A stretch of 64,000 bases of DNA from positions 62,001 to 126,000 of the forward strand of contig OZ245843.1 in the NCBI GenBank assembly GCA_965228875.1, given 5' to 3'. The stretch comes from Thalassobaculaceae bacterium (GTDB lineage: Bacteria; Pseudomonadota; Alphaproteobacteria; Thalassobaculales; Thalassobaculaceae). Of the stretch, positions 11,434 through 24,415 are shown piece after piece. The translations under genes and the position numbers were made by a program. The first letter of the stretch is position 1. Each line of letters begins with the position of its first letter. A model generated the notes under the pieces. It saw only the letters and a program-made list of their open reading frames with translations, was not told the DNA's origin and did no database searches.

Positions 11434-11742
11434 TCACTCCGGCGCGAGGGTCACCTTCAGGCCGTCGAGGCTTTCGTCGAACATCATCTGGCAGGACAGG
11501 CGCGAATTCTCCTGCACCTCGAAGGCGAGGTCGAGCATGTCGTCCTCTTCCTCGCCGCGGGGCTCGAGCTTGTCCCACCAATCCGGATCGACGTAGACAT
11601 GGCAGGTGGCGCAGGCGCAGGCGCCGCCGCACTCCGCGGTGATCGGCAGCCCGGCTTCGCGGATGATCTCCATCACGCGCCAGCCCTTGGTCGCTTCGAT
11701 CTCGTGCTCGCCACCCTCACGGTCGGTCACATTGATTTTCAT
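11434..11742 (-). CDS. 2Fe-2S ferredoxin (adrenodoxin/putidaredoxin type)
   Basis: CGGACACATCHV ... SRLSCQ. Confidence 0.95.
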   Translation of the reverse strand: MKINVTDREGGEHEIEATKGWRVMEIIREAGLPITAECGGACACATCHVYVDPDWWDKLEPRGEEEDDMLDLAFEVQENSRLSCQMMFDESLDGLKVTLAPE

Positions 11743-11852
11743 CGGCTCGCCTCGACTTGCATGGCTGTGGGATTTTCTTTGAGCATTAGGCGAACGGTTA
11801 TCGCCGGTCCAGTATCCTTATCGTCCCAATACCGCTTCGCCGCTTGCCGGCG

Positions 11853-15285
<3,433 letters not shown>

Positions 15286-18033
15286 CTACGCGCCGGACAG
15301 GAACGCCGCCGTTTCGCTCACGGCGTCCGCCAGCCCGCAACGCCTGACTGGCACCTCCGGCGGGAAGGCGCCGAGCAGCCGGCTCGGCATGCTCGGGTCG
15401 AGCAGGACGAACACGCCCCGGTCGTCCGCCCGGCGGATCAACCGGCCGAAGGCCTGTTTCAGGCGCAGACGGGTCAGCATGTCGGTGTGGGCGTTGCCGC
15501 CGAAGGCCGAGCGCCGGGCGCGGTACAGGATATCCGGGCGCGGCCAAGGGACCCGGTCGAAGACGATCAGCTTCAGGCTGTCGCCCGGCACATCGACGCC
15601 GTCGCGCACCGCGTCGGTGCCGAGCAGGCAACTCTCCGGTTCGGCCCGGAAGATGTCGATCAGGGTGGCGAGGTTCATGCCGTCCACATGCTGGGCGTAG
15701 AGCGGCAGGCCGGACTGGTCCATCGCCGCGGCGATGCGCTGGTGCACCTGTCGGAGCCGGCTGATCGCGGTGAACAGGCCGAGCGCCCCGCCATGTGCCG
15801 CCTGAAACAGGGTGCGGTAGGCGCTGGCGACCTGGCCCGCGTCGTCCTTGCGGACATCGCCGACGATGAACACCCGGGTCCGGTTGGGGTAGTCGAAGGG
15901 CGAGGCGACGGCCGCGCGGATCGCCGGCGCTGGCAGGTGCAGGGATCCGGTGCGTGCCTCGGCCGCGTGCCAGTCCAGATCGTCGTTGCCGGTCCCGTCG
16001 CGCAGGGTGGCGGAGGTGACGACGAGGCCGTGCGCCGTCTTGGCGACGGTCTCGGTGAACGGCAGGGTCGGGTCGATCCAGTGGCGGTGCAGGCCGATGT
16101 CGATGTCGCGTCCGTCGATCCGCTCCACCGCCATCCAGTCGACGAACTCGGCCGGCGTCTCGGCCTCGAGGCTGGACAGCATGGCGCGCCAGCCCTCGAC
16201 CATGGACTCCCCGCGCCGGGTGAGCGAACGGGCCGCCGCCTCGATGCGCAGGCGGGTGGGCGTGTCCAGGTCGTCGGCCTGCTCGTCGAGCATCGCCAGC
16301 AGGTCCTTGCGCAGGGCCAGCATCGGCTCGACCAGGCGGCGGAGCGCCATCTCCAGCGTTCGGGCCGCCGCCGCCAGCCCGTCCACCGGTGGCCGCGTCT
16401 CGCATTCGAGGCCGTAGGGCGAGCGCGGGTCGCCGACGCGGGCATAGACCTGCTGTCGCACGGTCACCAGGAAGGTCTCGGTCGGGCCCTTCGGCTGGCC
16501 GTCGGAGAGTCGGTTCATCCAGCCTTCGCCGGGCAGGGCGCGGGCGGCGTCCTCGATCTCCTCCAGCGCCTCCAGCGCGGCCGGTCGGTCGGCGACCAGT
16601 TCCTCGACCCGTCGTCTCAGACCGCGCGCCCGACCGCCGCGCCGGGTCTCGGCGCCGAGCAGCCAGCGTCTCAGCTCCACCGCTTCCAGGGCCGACAGGT
16701 GGGCCGAGAACGCGCCGTCGGCGGCGTCGAACACGTGATGGCCCTCGTCGAACACGTAGCGTGTCGGCACATGCGCGTCGTCGACCCCACCGAGCGCGGC
16801 CTGGATCATGACCAGCGCATGGTTGGCGACCACGATCCGCGCCCGCCGGGCCCGCCGGACCGAGCGTTCGATGAAGCACTTGTTGTAGTGCGGGCAGGCG
16901 GAGTAGACGCACTCGCCGCGCCGGTCCGCCAGCCCCAGCGTCCTGCCGCGGCCGAGAATGTCGGACAGCCACGCCGGGAAGTCGCCGCCCTGCAGGTCGC
17001 CGTCGCGGGTCGCCCGGGCCCAGCGCGCCATGAGACCGAGGGCGGTGGCGTACTGCGGCTGCATCGCCAGCGTGCGGATCGCCTCCTCCAGGTTCAGCAG
17101 GCACAGGTAGTTCTCGCGCCCCTTGCGCACCACGACCTTGAGCGCCTTGGCCACCGGGTCCGGGTAGAGCCGGTCGAGCTCCCCGTCGATCTGATGCTGC
17201 AGGTTGCGGGTGTAGGTGGAGATCCACACCGCCCCGTCGTTCTTCTCGGCCCAGAGCGAGGCGGGAGCGAGATAGCCGAGCGTCTTGCCCACGCCGGTGC
17301 CGGCTTCGGCCAGAACGACGGCGGGTTCGCCCTCGCGCTCGCGCGGACGGAAAGCAGCGGCGGTGGCGGCGGCGTAGTCGGCCTGGGACGGGCGGGGCTC
17401 CGCTCCCTGCCCGAGCATGGCGGCGAGCCGGCTGCGGGCTTCGTCCCCGGCCACGGATTCGTGACCGGCAGGCGGCTGCGGCGCATGCTCGGACCATTCC
17501 TGCAACTCGCGCCACACCTCCATCGTCGCGGGCCGGATCGGCGCCGGCGGTCCGGGATCCGGCTCGCCCAGCGCCAGCAGGACCAGCCGTCCCCAGCCCC
17601 AACCGCCGTCGTGCATCGCCTTGGCGATCGGCCAGGCCCAGCGGTCGCGTTCGCCCAGGGCCTGGCGTTCCGGAAGCTCCGCCAGCAGCGCATCGGCCGC
17701 GGCGAGCAGGCTGTCGGGAATCTCATCCAGATGCCGGGGCGGAGGCAGGTCGAGCGTCTCCGCGAGGCCGCGCGGCGTGGGCAGGCAGAACGTCGCCGGT
17801 CGAACGAAGGCGAACAGTTCGAGCACGTCGAGCGCGGGGATCTGCTCAACCCCGAGGCGACGCGCGACCGACCGGGCGTGGCAGACCACCGGCCGCGCCT
17901 CGTGGGCCCGCAGGGCGGCGCGCGACGGGGTCGGGTGATCGATCCGTCCGTCCGGGGCGCGCCAGGCGGCACCGACCGGAGAGGTATGCAGGGCGTCGAG
18001 CTGGCCGATTTCGCGGGCGACGGGGGAGCGCAT
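15286..18033 (-). CDS. dinG: DinG-family ATP-dependent DNA helicase
   Basis: EAGTGVGKT, KGRENYLC, Fe-S Cys cluster ECVYSACPHYNKC, DEGHH, QAFGRLIR. Confidence 0.9.
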   Translation of the reverse strand: MRSPVAREIGQLDALHTSPVGAAWRAPDGRIDHPTPSRAALRAHEARPVVCHARSVARRLGVEQIPALDVLELFAFVRPATFCLPTPRGLAETLDLPPPRHLDEIPDSLLAAADALLAELPERQALGERDRWAWPIAKAMHDGGWGWGRLVLLALGEPDPGPPAPIRPATMEVWRELQEWSEHAPQPPAGHESVAGDEARSRLAAMLGQGAEPRPSQADYAAATAAAFRPREREGEPAVVLAEAGTGVGKTLGYLAPASLWAEKNDGAVWISTYTRNLQHQIDGELDRLYPDPVAKALKVVVRKGRENYLCLLNLEEAIRTLAMQPQYATALGLMARWARATRDGDLQGGDFPAWLSDILGRGRTLGLADRRGECVYSACPHYNKCFIERSVRRARRARIVVANHALVMIQAALGGVDDAHVPTRYVFDEGHHVFDAADGAFSAHLSALEAVELRRWLLGAETRRGGRARGLRRRVEELVADRPAALEALEEIEDAARALPGEGWMNRLSDGQPKGPTETFLVTVRQQVYARVGDPRSPYGLECETRPPVDGLAAAARTLEMALRRLVEPMLALRKDLLAMLDEQADDLDTPTRLRIEAAARSLTRRGESMVEGWRAMLSSLEAETPAEFVDWMAVERIDGRDIDIGLHRHWIDPTLPFTETVAKTAHGLVVTSATLRDGTGNDDLDWHAAEARTGSLHLPAPAIRAAVASPFDYPNRTRVFIVGDVRKDDAGQVASAYRTLFQAAHGGALGLFTAISRLRQVHQRIAAAMDQSGLPLYAQHVDGMNLATLIDIFRAEPESCLLGTDAVRDGVDVPGDSLKLIVFDRVPWPRPDILYRARRSAFGGNAHTDMLTRLRLKQAFGRLIRRADDRGVFVLLDPSMPSRLLGAFPPEVPVRRCGLADAVSETAAFLSGA

Positions 18034-18125
18034 CAGTCCCGTCTAGCAGGTGACCGAAGGGTTTGAAAGCGACCGTCCGGGCTGGGTAGGATCACCGCCG
18101 ATTCAACCGCGATGGAACCGGCGGC

Positions 18126-19313
18126 ATGGCGCAAGCGGACGCGCGCGAAACGGCACTGCGGGCTCTCGAGGACAGGCTGATCGAGGCGGCGCTCGCCCGG
18201 ATCGACGTGGAGGCCATCACCGAGATCTGCTGTCGGGCCCTTGTGGCGGCCGGGGTCGAGATCGACGAACTTCGTGTCGGGGCGCGGACCCTGCATCCGG
18301 AGATCGATTCCATCGGCGTGACGTGGACCACGGGCCAGGCGCTCGACAGCGGGGTCTGGCGCCACGAGGACGACGGGCGGGAGGTCTGGCTGGCCAGCCC
18401 GATGTACTACATGCTGACCAATCGGGTGCTGCGGCTGCACCGGCCGATCCACGATCCCGACTGTCCCATGGATTTCCCGGTGCTCGAGGAGTTCCGGGCC
18501 GAGGGGATCACCGACTACCTGGCGATCATGGTCGCCGTCGGAACCCGTGAGCTCGAGCGCCCCGAAGGGTTCATCCTGCGCTGGATCTCCCGGCGTCCGG
18601 GTGGCTTCCGGGCCGACGACATCGCCGTCCTCGATCGCATCGCGCCGCGCTTCGCCGCCGCCTGCGAGCCGGGGCTGGAGCGTACGATCGCGAAGAACCT
18701 GCTGGACGCCTATCTGGGCCCGCGTTCGGGGTCGGCGGTTCTGGACGGTTCGATCCAGCCGGGACGGACCCAGTCGATGGAGGCGGTGATCCTGGTGGCC
18801 GACCTGGCGGGCTTCACCGCCGCCAGCGATACCCTTCCCGGAACGCAGCTCGTGCCGTTCCTGGATCGGCATTTCGAGGCGATGGTGCCGCCGGTGAAGG
18901 CGGAGGGGGGCGAGATCCTGGCCTTTCTCGGGGATGGGTTCCTGGCCGCGTTCGACGCTTCGGGCAACGCGGTCACCGCGTGTTCCCGCGGCGTGGCGGC
19001 GGCGAGGGCGATCCTTGACGGGATCGAGACCATGCGGCGCGACGACCCGTCGGCGCTGCCGGTCGACATCTCCCTTCACATCGGCACCGTACGGTACGGC
19101 AATGTCGGCGCCGGCGGGAGGCAGGCCTTCACGGTCATCGGTCCGGCGGTGAACCTGGCCAGCCGGATCGAGGCGCTGTGCGGTGTCCTGGGGTGCCCGG
19201 TGCTGATGTCGGCCGCGGTGGCGGAGCGGCTGATTCCGGGAAGCGTTCGCCATGTCGGGTCGCATCGAATACGTGGATTGCAACAGCCGATTCCGTTATT
19301 TTCTTTGATGTAG
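18126..19313 (+). CDS. Class III nucleotidyl cyclase with N-terminal GAF-like region
   Basis: ADLAGFT, FLGDG, FTVIGPAVNLASRIE. Confidence 0.9.
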   Translation: MAQADARETALRALEDRLIEAALARIDVEAITEICCRALVAAGVEIDELRVGARTLHPEIDSIGVTWTTGQALDSGVWRHEDDGREVWLASPMYYMLTNRVLRLHRPIHDPDCPMDFPVLEEFRAEGITDYLAIMVAVGTRELERPEGFILRWISRRPGGFRADDIAVLDRIAPRFAAACEPGLERTIAKNLLDAYLGPRSGSAVLDGSIQPGRTQSMEAVILVADLAGFTAASDTLPGTQLVPFLDRHFEAMVPPVKAEGGEILAFLGDGFLAAFDASGNAVTACSRGVAAARAILDGIETMRRDDPSALPVDISLHIGTVRYGNVGAGGRQAFTVIGPAVNLASRIEALCGVLGCPVLMSAAVAERLIPGSVRHVGSHRIRGLQQPIPLFSLM

Positions 19314-19340
19314 GGGTATTTTTCCATAGATAATCCGGTT

Positions 19341-19805
19341 ATGGATGGATTTGACCGGAAAATCGTCTCCCACGTTCAGGTGTCCGGGCGGGCGAGCGTC
19401 GCCGAGATCGCCCGTGTATGCGGCCTGTCGGTGTCCACCGCGAACGACCGGCTCCGCCGGTTGCAAGAGCGCGGCGTCATCACCGGATGGTCGGCCCGGG
19501 TCGATCCGGAGGCGCTGGACCTGGGGCTCCTCGCGTTCATGTTCGTTGAGATCGACCGCCCCGGGCACAACGCCTCATTCCTGGCGGCGGCGGCGGCGCT
19601 GCCCGAGGTGCTGGACCTGCACCACGTGACGGGCGAATGGTCCTATCTGCTGAAACTCCGGGCCCGCGACACCCGCGCCCTGGAGGCGCTGATCTCCGAC
19701 CGGATCAAGGCACTGCCGGGCGTGGTGCGCAGTCTCACCCACATCGCCCTGTCCAGTGCCAAGGAGAACGGCCCGCTGCCGGTCGACGGCGGCGGCGGTG
19801 GCTGA
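19341..19805 (+). CDS. Lrp/AsnC family regulator
   Basis: N-terminal HTH (DRKIV..GRASVAEIA..GLS), HHVTGEWSYLLK. Confidence 0.93.
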   Translation: MDGFDRKIVSHVQVSGRASVAEIARVCGLSVSTANDRLRRLQERGVITGWSARVDPEALDLGLLAFMFVEIDRPGHNASFLAAAAALPEVLDLHHVTGEWSYLLKLRARDTRALEALISDRIKALPGVVRSLTHIALSSAKENGPLPVDGGGGG

Positions 19806-20451
19806 CGGGGCGCTCGGACAGTTCGGCCAGGGGCTGGTCTTCGGCCTCGCGCTGGCGATGCCGGTCGGCGCCATCGGCCTGCTGTGCATCCGCCGTTCCC
19901 TGGAGCAGGGGTTCGTTGTCGGTTTCGCCACGGGGCTCGGCGCGGCGGTGGCTGATGCGACCTACGGCGCCGTCGCCGCTTTCGGGCTGACCGCGGTGTC
20001 GGGTTTCCTGCTGGAGTGGCAGGCGGTGCTGGCGCTGGTCGGCGGTGCGGCGCTCGTCTGGCTCGGAGTCCAGTCCTGGCGCACCCGACCGGCCGGCCCG
20101 GCGGCGGGCCCGTCGGCGGCCAGGTCGGCCGGGCATCGGCCGCTGGTCGCGTTCGTGCAGACGGCGGGGCTGACCCTGGCGAATCCGCAGACGGTGCTGA
20201 CCTTCGTAGCGCTCTTCGCCGGCCTTGGAGTGGCGGTCGGCGAAGATGCCGGCTGGGCGGCGGCGCTTCTCCTGATCCTCGGTGTTTTCCTCGGCTCGGC
20301 GGTCTGGTGGCTGATCCTGGCCGGTGTCGTCGGCGGAGCGTTGCGGCACAGGCTGAGCACGGAAGCGGTCGGCTGGATCAACCGCGGGGCTGGTGCCCTG
20401 ATCGTCGGGTTCGGTGCCTTCGCGATCCTGCGCGGTCTCGGACTGTCATAG
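19798..20451 (+). CDS. LysE/RhtB family exporter
   Basis: AMPVGAIGLLCIRR, GLGAAVAD, LTLANPQT; GTG start overlaps the lrp end. Confidence 0.9.
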   Translation: MADGALGQFGQGLVFGLALAMPVGAIGLLCIRRSLEQGFVVGFATGLGAAVADATYGAVAAFGLTAVSGFLLEWQAVLALVGGAALVWLGVQSWRTRPAGPAAGPSAARSAGHRPLVAFVQTAGLTLANPQTVLTFVALFAGLGVAVGEDAGWAAALLLILGVFLGSAVWWLILAGVVGGALRHRLSTEAVGWINRGAGALIVGFGAFAILRGLGLS

Positions 20452-20493
20452 CTCGAGAAACGTCGCGGTGCGCGCCTGCCACGCCGGCGACGC

Positions 20494-21345
20494 TCAGGGA
20501 CGCGGGGCGGTCGTGCGCGCAGAAGCCCGCGGCAGAACCGACCAGGGCACGATCAACGCGTCGTCGTCGCTGCCGATGCGCCTGGCCTCGACCTCGAAGG
20601 CGGTCTCGATGGTCCGGCGGTCGAGGGCCTCTCCAGGCAAGCCCTGCGCGACCACGCAACCGGCGTGCAGGACATAGATCCGATGGCAGAAGCGAGCCGC
20701 GAGGGTCAGATCGTGCAGAACCACGAGCGAGCCGCGTCCGTCGTCGGCCAACCGGTTCAGCAGCTGCATCGCCTCCAACTGGTGACGGGGATCGAGACCG
20801 GTCACCGGTTCGTCGAGCAGCAGCAGCGACGGTTCGCCCGCCAGGACGCGGGCCAGCATCACCCGCATCCGCTCACCGCCGGAGAGGGTGGTGACCGCCC
20901 GGTCCGCGAGGTCGGCGGTATCCGTCACCGTCAGCGCCGTCTCGACCGCCAGCCTGTCGGTTTCCGTGAGGCGCGCCAGCGGCGACAGAAACGGCGTTCT
21001 GCCCAGCGTCACGGTCTCGCGGACGGAGATCGGCCACTCGCTGCGGGCGCTCTGGGGCAGGTATCCGACGGCGCGTGCCGTCTCCCGGCGGTCCAACTCG
21101 TCGATCGGCGTCCCATTCAGGGTAATCGCTCCCGCCGACGGTCGGATCAGCCGGGACAGGATGCGCAGCAACGTGCTCTTGCCGGAGCCGTTCGGCCCGA
21201 GCAGGCCGACCACCTCGCCCGGCCTCACGCTCAGTCCGACGCTCCGCAGCAGCGTCCGCCCGTCTACATGCAGAGTGATGTCTCGGGCCTGAAGGCCGAT
21301 ATTCTCGAAGCCGATACCGTCGGGGAGAGGGGGCGGGGTGGACAT
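20494..21345 (-). CDS. ABC ATPase of iron-siderophore/heme/cobalamin (FecE/FepC) type
   Basis: GPNGSGKST, YLPQ, LSGGE, LLLDEP, LDPRHQ, VLHDL. Confidence 0.9.
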   Translation of the reverse strand: MSTPPPLPDGIGFENIGLQARDITLHVDGRTLLRSVGLSVRPGEVVGLLGPNGSGKSTLLRILSRLIRPSAGAITLNGTPIDELDRRETARAVGYLPQSARSEWPISVRETVTLGRTPFLSPLARLTETDRLAVETALTVTDTADLADRAVTTLSGGERMRVMLARVLAGEPSLLLLDEPVTGLDPRHQLEAMQLLNRLADDGRGSLVVLHDLTLAARFCHRIYVLHAGCVVAQGLPGEALDRRTIETAFEVEARRIGSDDDALIVPWSVLPRASARTTAPRP

Positions 21346-21607
21346 GGAAACCGGTCCGTTCAGGATGGCTGGGAGCCGCCGCCTCTCGAACCGGCCCTGC
21401 TGTCGCAAACCCCGGTCCGCCGGATGGTGGCGCGCCTCGGTAGGTGATCCGGCGACATCGGCTTGGCGCTTCGATGCCGACGGCCTCCGAAGCGGCAGTC
21501 TCCGGTTTCGGCCGCCGTCGGGCAAGCGCATTCGCAATAGCGCCCTGCCGGCGCTCATTCGCCATGCGCCCCGCCGGCGCCTGTTCACCATCGCGCCCCG
21601 TCGGCGT

Positions 21608-22108
21608 TCAATGGACCAGGGCGGACCCTTCGTGGGACGTGGCCGCGGTCTCGAACCACCAGGTTTCGGGCAGGATCTCGGCGCGTATCGGCAGGACGAG
21701 ATCGGCGGCCACCAGCTTGCCGGCGATCTCGGCCACGTCCCCGACCGCCGTCAGGGCGGCGGCCGACGGCAGCCAGGTGCGCACCACGTCCAGCGCCGCC
21801 TTGTCTCGGCCGCGCTGCGCCAGGGCGATCGCGTGCAGGATGTCCCTTTCACCGTCGCCCAGGGTCGGGCACCGCACGCAGCCGACGTCGCGCACCGTCG
21901 TCGCCTCGTGCAGCGTGATCGTCAGCAGCCGGTCGACCGCCTCCGTCATGTCGTCGGCGTCGATCGTCGCGAAGCCACGGCGCAGGAGGTCGCGCGGGTC
22001 GAGGCGAGCCTTGACCGACTGGACCCAGTGTCGGACCGCCCAGACGATCAGGGCCTCCGCCGTCGTCAGCCGGCAGATGGGTGTGCGGGGTGTGGAAGAA
22101 TGGTCCAT
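21608..22108 (-). CDS. Hypothetical protein with CxxC motif
   Basis: 166-aa ORF with AAGGGA RBS; GCVRCPTLGDGE. Confidence 0.7.
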   Translation of the reverse strand: MDHSSTPRTPICRLTTAEALIVWAVRHWVQSVKARLDPRDLLRRGFATIDADDMTEAVDRLLTITLHEATTVRDVGCVRCPTLGDGERDILHAIALAQRGRDKAALDVVRTWLPSAAALTAVGDVAEIAGKLVAADLVLPIRAEILPETWWFETAATSHEGSALVH

Positions 22109-22120
22109 CGCGGAAATCCC

Positions 22121-22175
22121 TTGTTGCGACCGGTTCTCATTTGTAGATACTGAAATTGAGAATGAGTTGCAACAA
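22121..22175. promoter_or_regulatory. Two inverted Fur-like iron boxes in a divergent promoter
   Basis: TTGTTGCGACCGGTTCTCATTT (22121-22142) and AATTGAGAATGAGTTGCAACAA (22154-22175) are 17/22 reverse-complementary. Confidence 0.6.
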
Positions 22176-22188
22176 CTAGGCGCACATC

Positions 22189-22629
22189 ATGTCTCTTTCC
22201 GTGATCCTCTGCCTGATCGCCCTCGCGTTGCTGCTTGCCACCGCCGCCAGCGGCATCGCCATCGCCATCCTGGAACGACGCGGAGTCGTGCCGCGTATCG
22301 CCGAAGGGCTGTTCGTGGGTCTGGCCGGCGCCGGCTCGGCCGTGCTGGTCGCGTCGGTGGTCTCGATGCATCCGCTGACCGCCGACCCGGTGCTCGCGAC
22401 CTACCGGCCGCCTTCGGTCACCGGATCGGCCTTCGCGGCCGTGCCGAGCGGTGTCGGGCGCGGCGGGGAGGCGATCGCCGCGCCGTGGGATGGCGCCGAG
22501 GTCATTGCATGCGTTCCGCCGGCGGGATCGGCCGCCTATGATCGTTTCTCAGCCCGTATAGAAGGCAACGCAGGCAAGGGAGACGGCCGCCATGAAGTTT
22601 CTGTATTTCGATCATCCGTCACGCGGTGA
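22189..22629 (+). CDS. Small hypothetical membrane protein
   Basis: Two hydrophobic N-terminal segments; overlaps the next gene by 38 nt. Confidence 0.5.
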   Translation: MSLSVILCLIALALLLATAASGIAIAILERRGVVPRIAEGLFVGLAGAGSAVLVASVVSMHPLTADPVLATYRPPSVTGSAFAAVPSGVGRGGEAIAAPWDGAEVIACVPPAGSAAYDRFSARIEGNAGKGDGRHEVSVFRSSVTR

Positions 22630-23536
22630 GTGGCGGCTCGGTGTGCTGACGGATGCGGGTGTGACCGACGTCACCGACGCCGTCTCCCACCTTCCGCATC
22701 TCGATAACCGCGGCCTCATCAACGCGGTGATCGCCGCCTACGATGAGGAGCGCGGCGCCATCGAGAGGGCGGTGGCGGCGGGGTCTCCGCTCGCGCCAGA
22801 CAGCGTCACACTCCGTCCGCCGCTGCCGCTGCCGCGCCAGATCGACTGCATGGCGCGCAACTACATGGAAGACGGCACCCTGAGCGAGCCGCCCGAGATC
22901 AACGGTTTCCACAAGTCGCCGAGCGCCATCATCGGCCCCGGCGGGACCATGGTGCTGCCGGACGTACCGGCCGAGGTGTTCGAGGGCGAGGCCGAACTCG
23001 CGGTCGTGATCGGTCGGCGCGCCAGCAACGTCTCCGCCGCCGACGCCATGGATCATGTGTTCGGCTACATGAACTTCATTGACGGCTCGGCCCGCGCGCT
23101 GCCGCCTGCGGGCAACACCTTCTTCCAGGTCAAGTCGCGCGATACCTTTGCGCCGATCGGCCCCTATCTGGTGACCCGGGACGAGATCACCGATCCCCAT
23201 GACCTGGACGTCCGCCTCACCGTCAACGACGAGGTGCGCCAGTCCTTCAACACCTCTGACATGGCCCACAGGATTCCGCGCTGCATTGAGTGGCTGAGCG
23301 CGATCCACACCCTCGAACCGGGCGACATCGTCGCCACCGGGACCAACCACCGGGGCCTGAACCCATTCATGGATGGCGACCGGATCGCGCTGGAGGTTGC
23401 AGGCCTGGGCGTTCTGCGGGTCGGCGTCAGCGACCCACTGAAACGCACCTGGAGCCGGGACAGCCGGCTGCAGCATCGCGAGAAGGGGCTGCCCGGACCC
23501 TACACGCCGCAGCTGACCGGCAAGTACACGCCGTGA
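22592..23536 (+). CDS. Fumarylacetoacetate hydrolase family protein
   Basis: EGEAELAVVIG, KSRDTFAPIGP, LEPGDIVATGT. Confidence 0.92.
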   Translation: MKFLYFDHPSRGEWRLGVLTDAGVTDVTDAVSHLPHLDNRGLINAVIAAYDEERGAIERAVAAGSPLAPDSVTLRPPLPLPRQIDCMARNYMEDGTLSEPPEINGFHKSPSAIIGPGGTMVLPDVPAEVFEGEAELAVVIGRRASNVSAADAMDHVFGYMNFIDGSARALPPAGNTFFQVKSRDTFAPIGPYLVTRDEITDPHDLDVRLTVNDEVRQSFNTSDMAHRIPRCIEWLSAIHTLEPGDIVATGTNHRGLNPFMDGDRIALEVAGLGVLRVGVSDPLKRTWSRDSRLQHREKGLPGPYTPQLTGKYTP

Positions 23537-23550
23537 CCGGCACCCTCTGA

Positions 23551-24141
23551 TCAGCCGGGGCGGGTCAGGGGGGCGTCGACCGGGCATCCGGCGCCGATGT
23601 CGAGATACACGAGGTCGACGGCGTCGACCCCTTTGACAGGCTTCGGCGGCGGGGTATCCGGTGGGAGGCGCTGGTTGGTGAACAGGATCATGTCGACCGC
23701 GCCGCCCCGGCCCACCAGCGGCAGACCGAGCGATTCGGACTGGGCCGGCGTCCCGCTCTTAACTGTGTAGAGCAACCTCGACAGCAAGCCGCAGGGGTGG
23801 CCGATCACGGCCTGGATCCGGCGGTCGGCCTGTTCGCGGCGCTCGGCCGCGACCATGTCGAAGTAGTTCCGTCCGGTGATCTCGTGTCCGAGGGCGTCGT
23901 ACACCCCCGTGCCCGCGAGTCGGACGATCGACCGTTGGGGGCCCTCGACCTGATGGATGGTGAGGAAGGGGAGGGCCGATACGAGGCGCGCGGGATCGAT
24001 GGCGTCGCGCGCCGGCACCAGCGCGGAGCCGGCGATCTCCAGCCAGTGCGCCATGACCGAGAGGGAATTGCGGTTTCGGAACGGCACGGCGAGCAGCGCT
24101 TCGCGCCGTGCCCGTGTCTCGCTGTCGCTCAGTCGTCGCAT
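23551..24141 (-). CDS. Stand-alone PAS_5-like domain protein
   Basis: HW..VPARDAIDPARLVSALP..VRLAGT..G.EITG. Confidence 0.8.
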   Translation of the reverse strand: MRRLSDSETRARREALLAVPFRNRNSLSVMAHWLEIAGSALVPARDAIDPARLVSALPFLTIHQVEGPQRSIVRLAGTGVYDALGHEITGRNYFDMVAAERREQADRRIQAVIGHPCGLLSRLLYTVKSGTPAQSESLGLPLVGRGGAVDMILFTNQRLPPDTPPPKPVKGVDAVDLVYLDIGAGCPVDAPLTRPG

Positions 24142-24415
24142 CGCCTCGCCGAGATCGTCATTCTCGTCGTCAGACTTACATTCATTCGACGATCGCGGCC
24201 ATTGTTGCGTCTCCCGCCCCGGATTCGGCGATGTTGCGGTGCCGAGGCGACCGGTACCCGGCACGTGGTCCCCTGGCGCGAAACCCCAGGGATCCGGCGG
24301 GCTGCGGGGCGGACACGTGGGCTCTTCGCGGTGCGGCGCCATGATGGATGGCATGGCCGGGCCGACGGGATATGCTCGACCGACGGACCACCGCCACCCA
24401 TCGGAGACTCCGGGC

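Noticed and set aside
15487..18066. 859-aa plus-strand ORF
   Set aside because: Antisense shadow of dinG; stop-poor frames are expected at this GC content
15286..19313. DinG plus cyclase as a type IV CRISPR or Pycsar/CBASS-like defence system
   Set aside because: No cas genes, array or recognisable effector; housekeeping-type DinG and host-like composition
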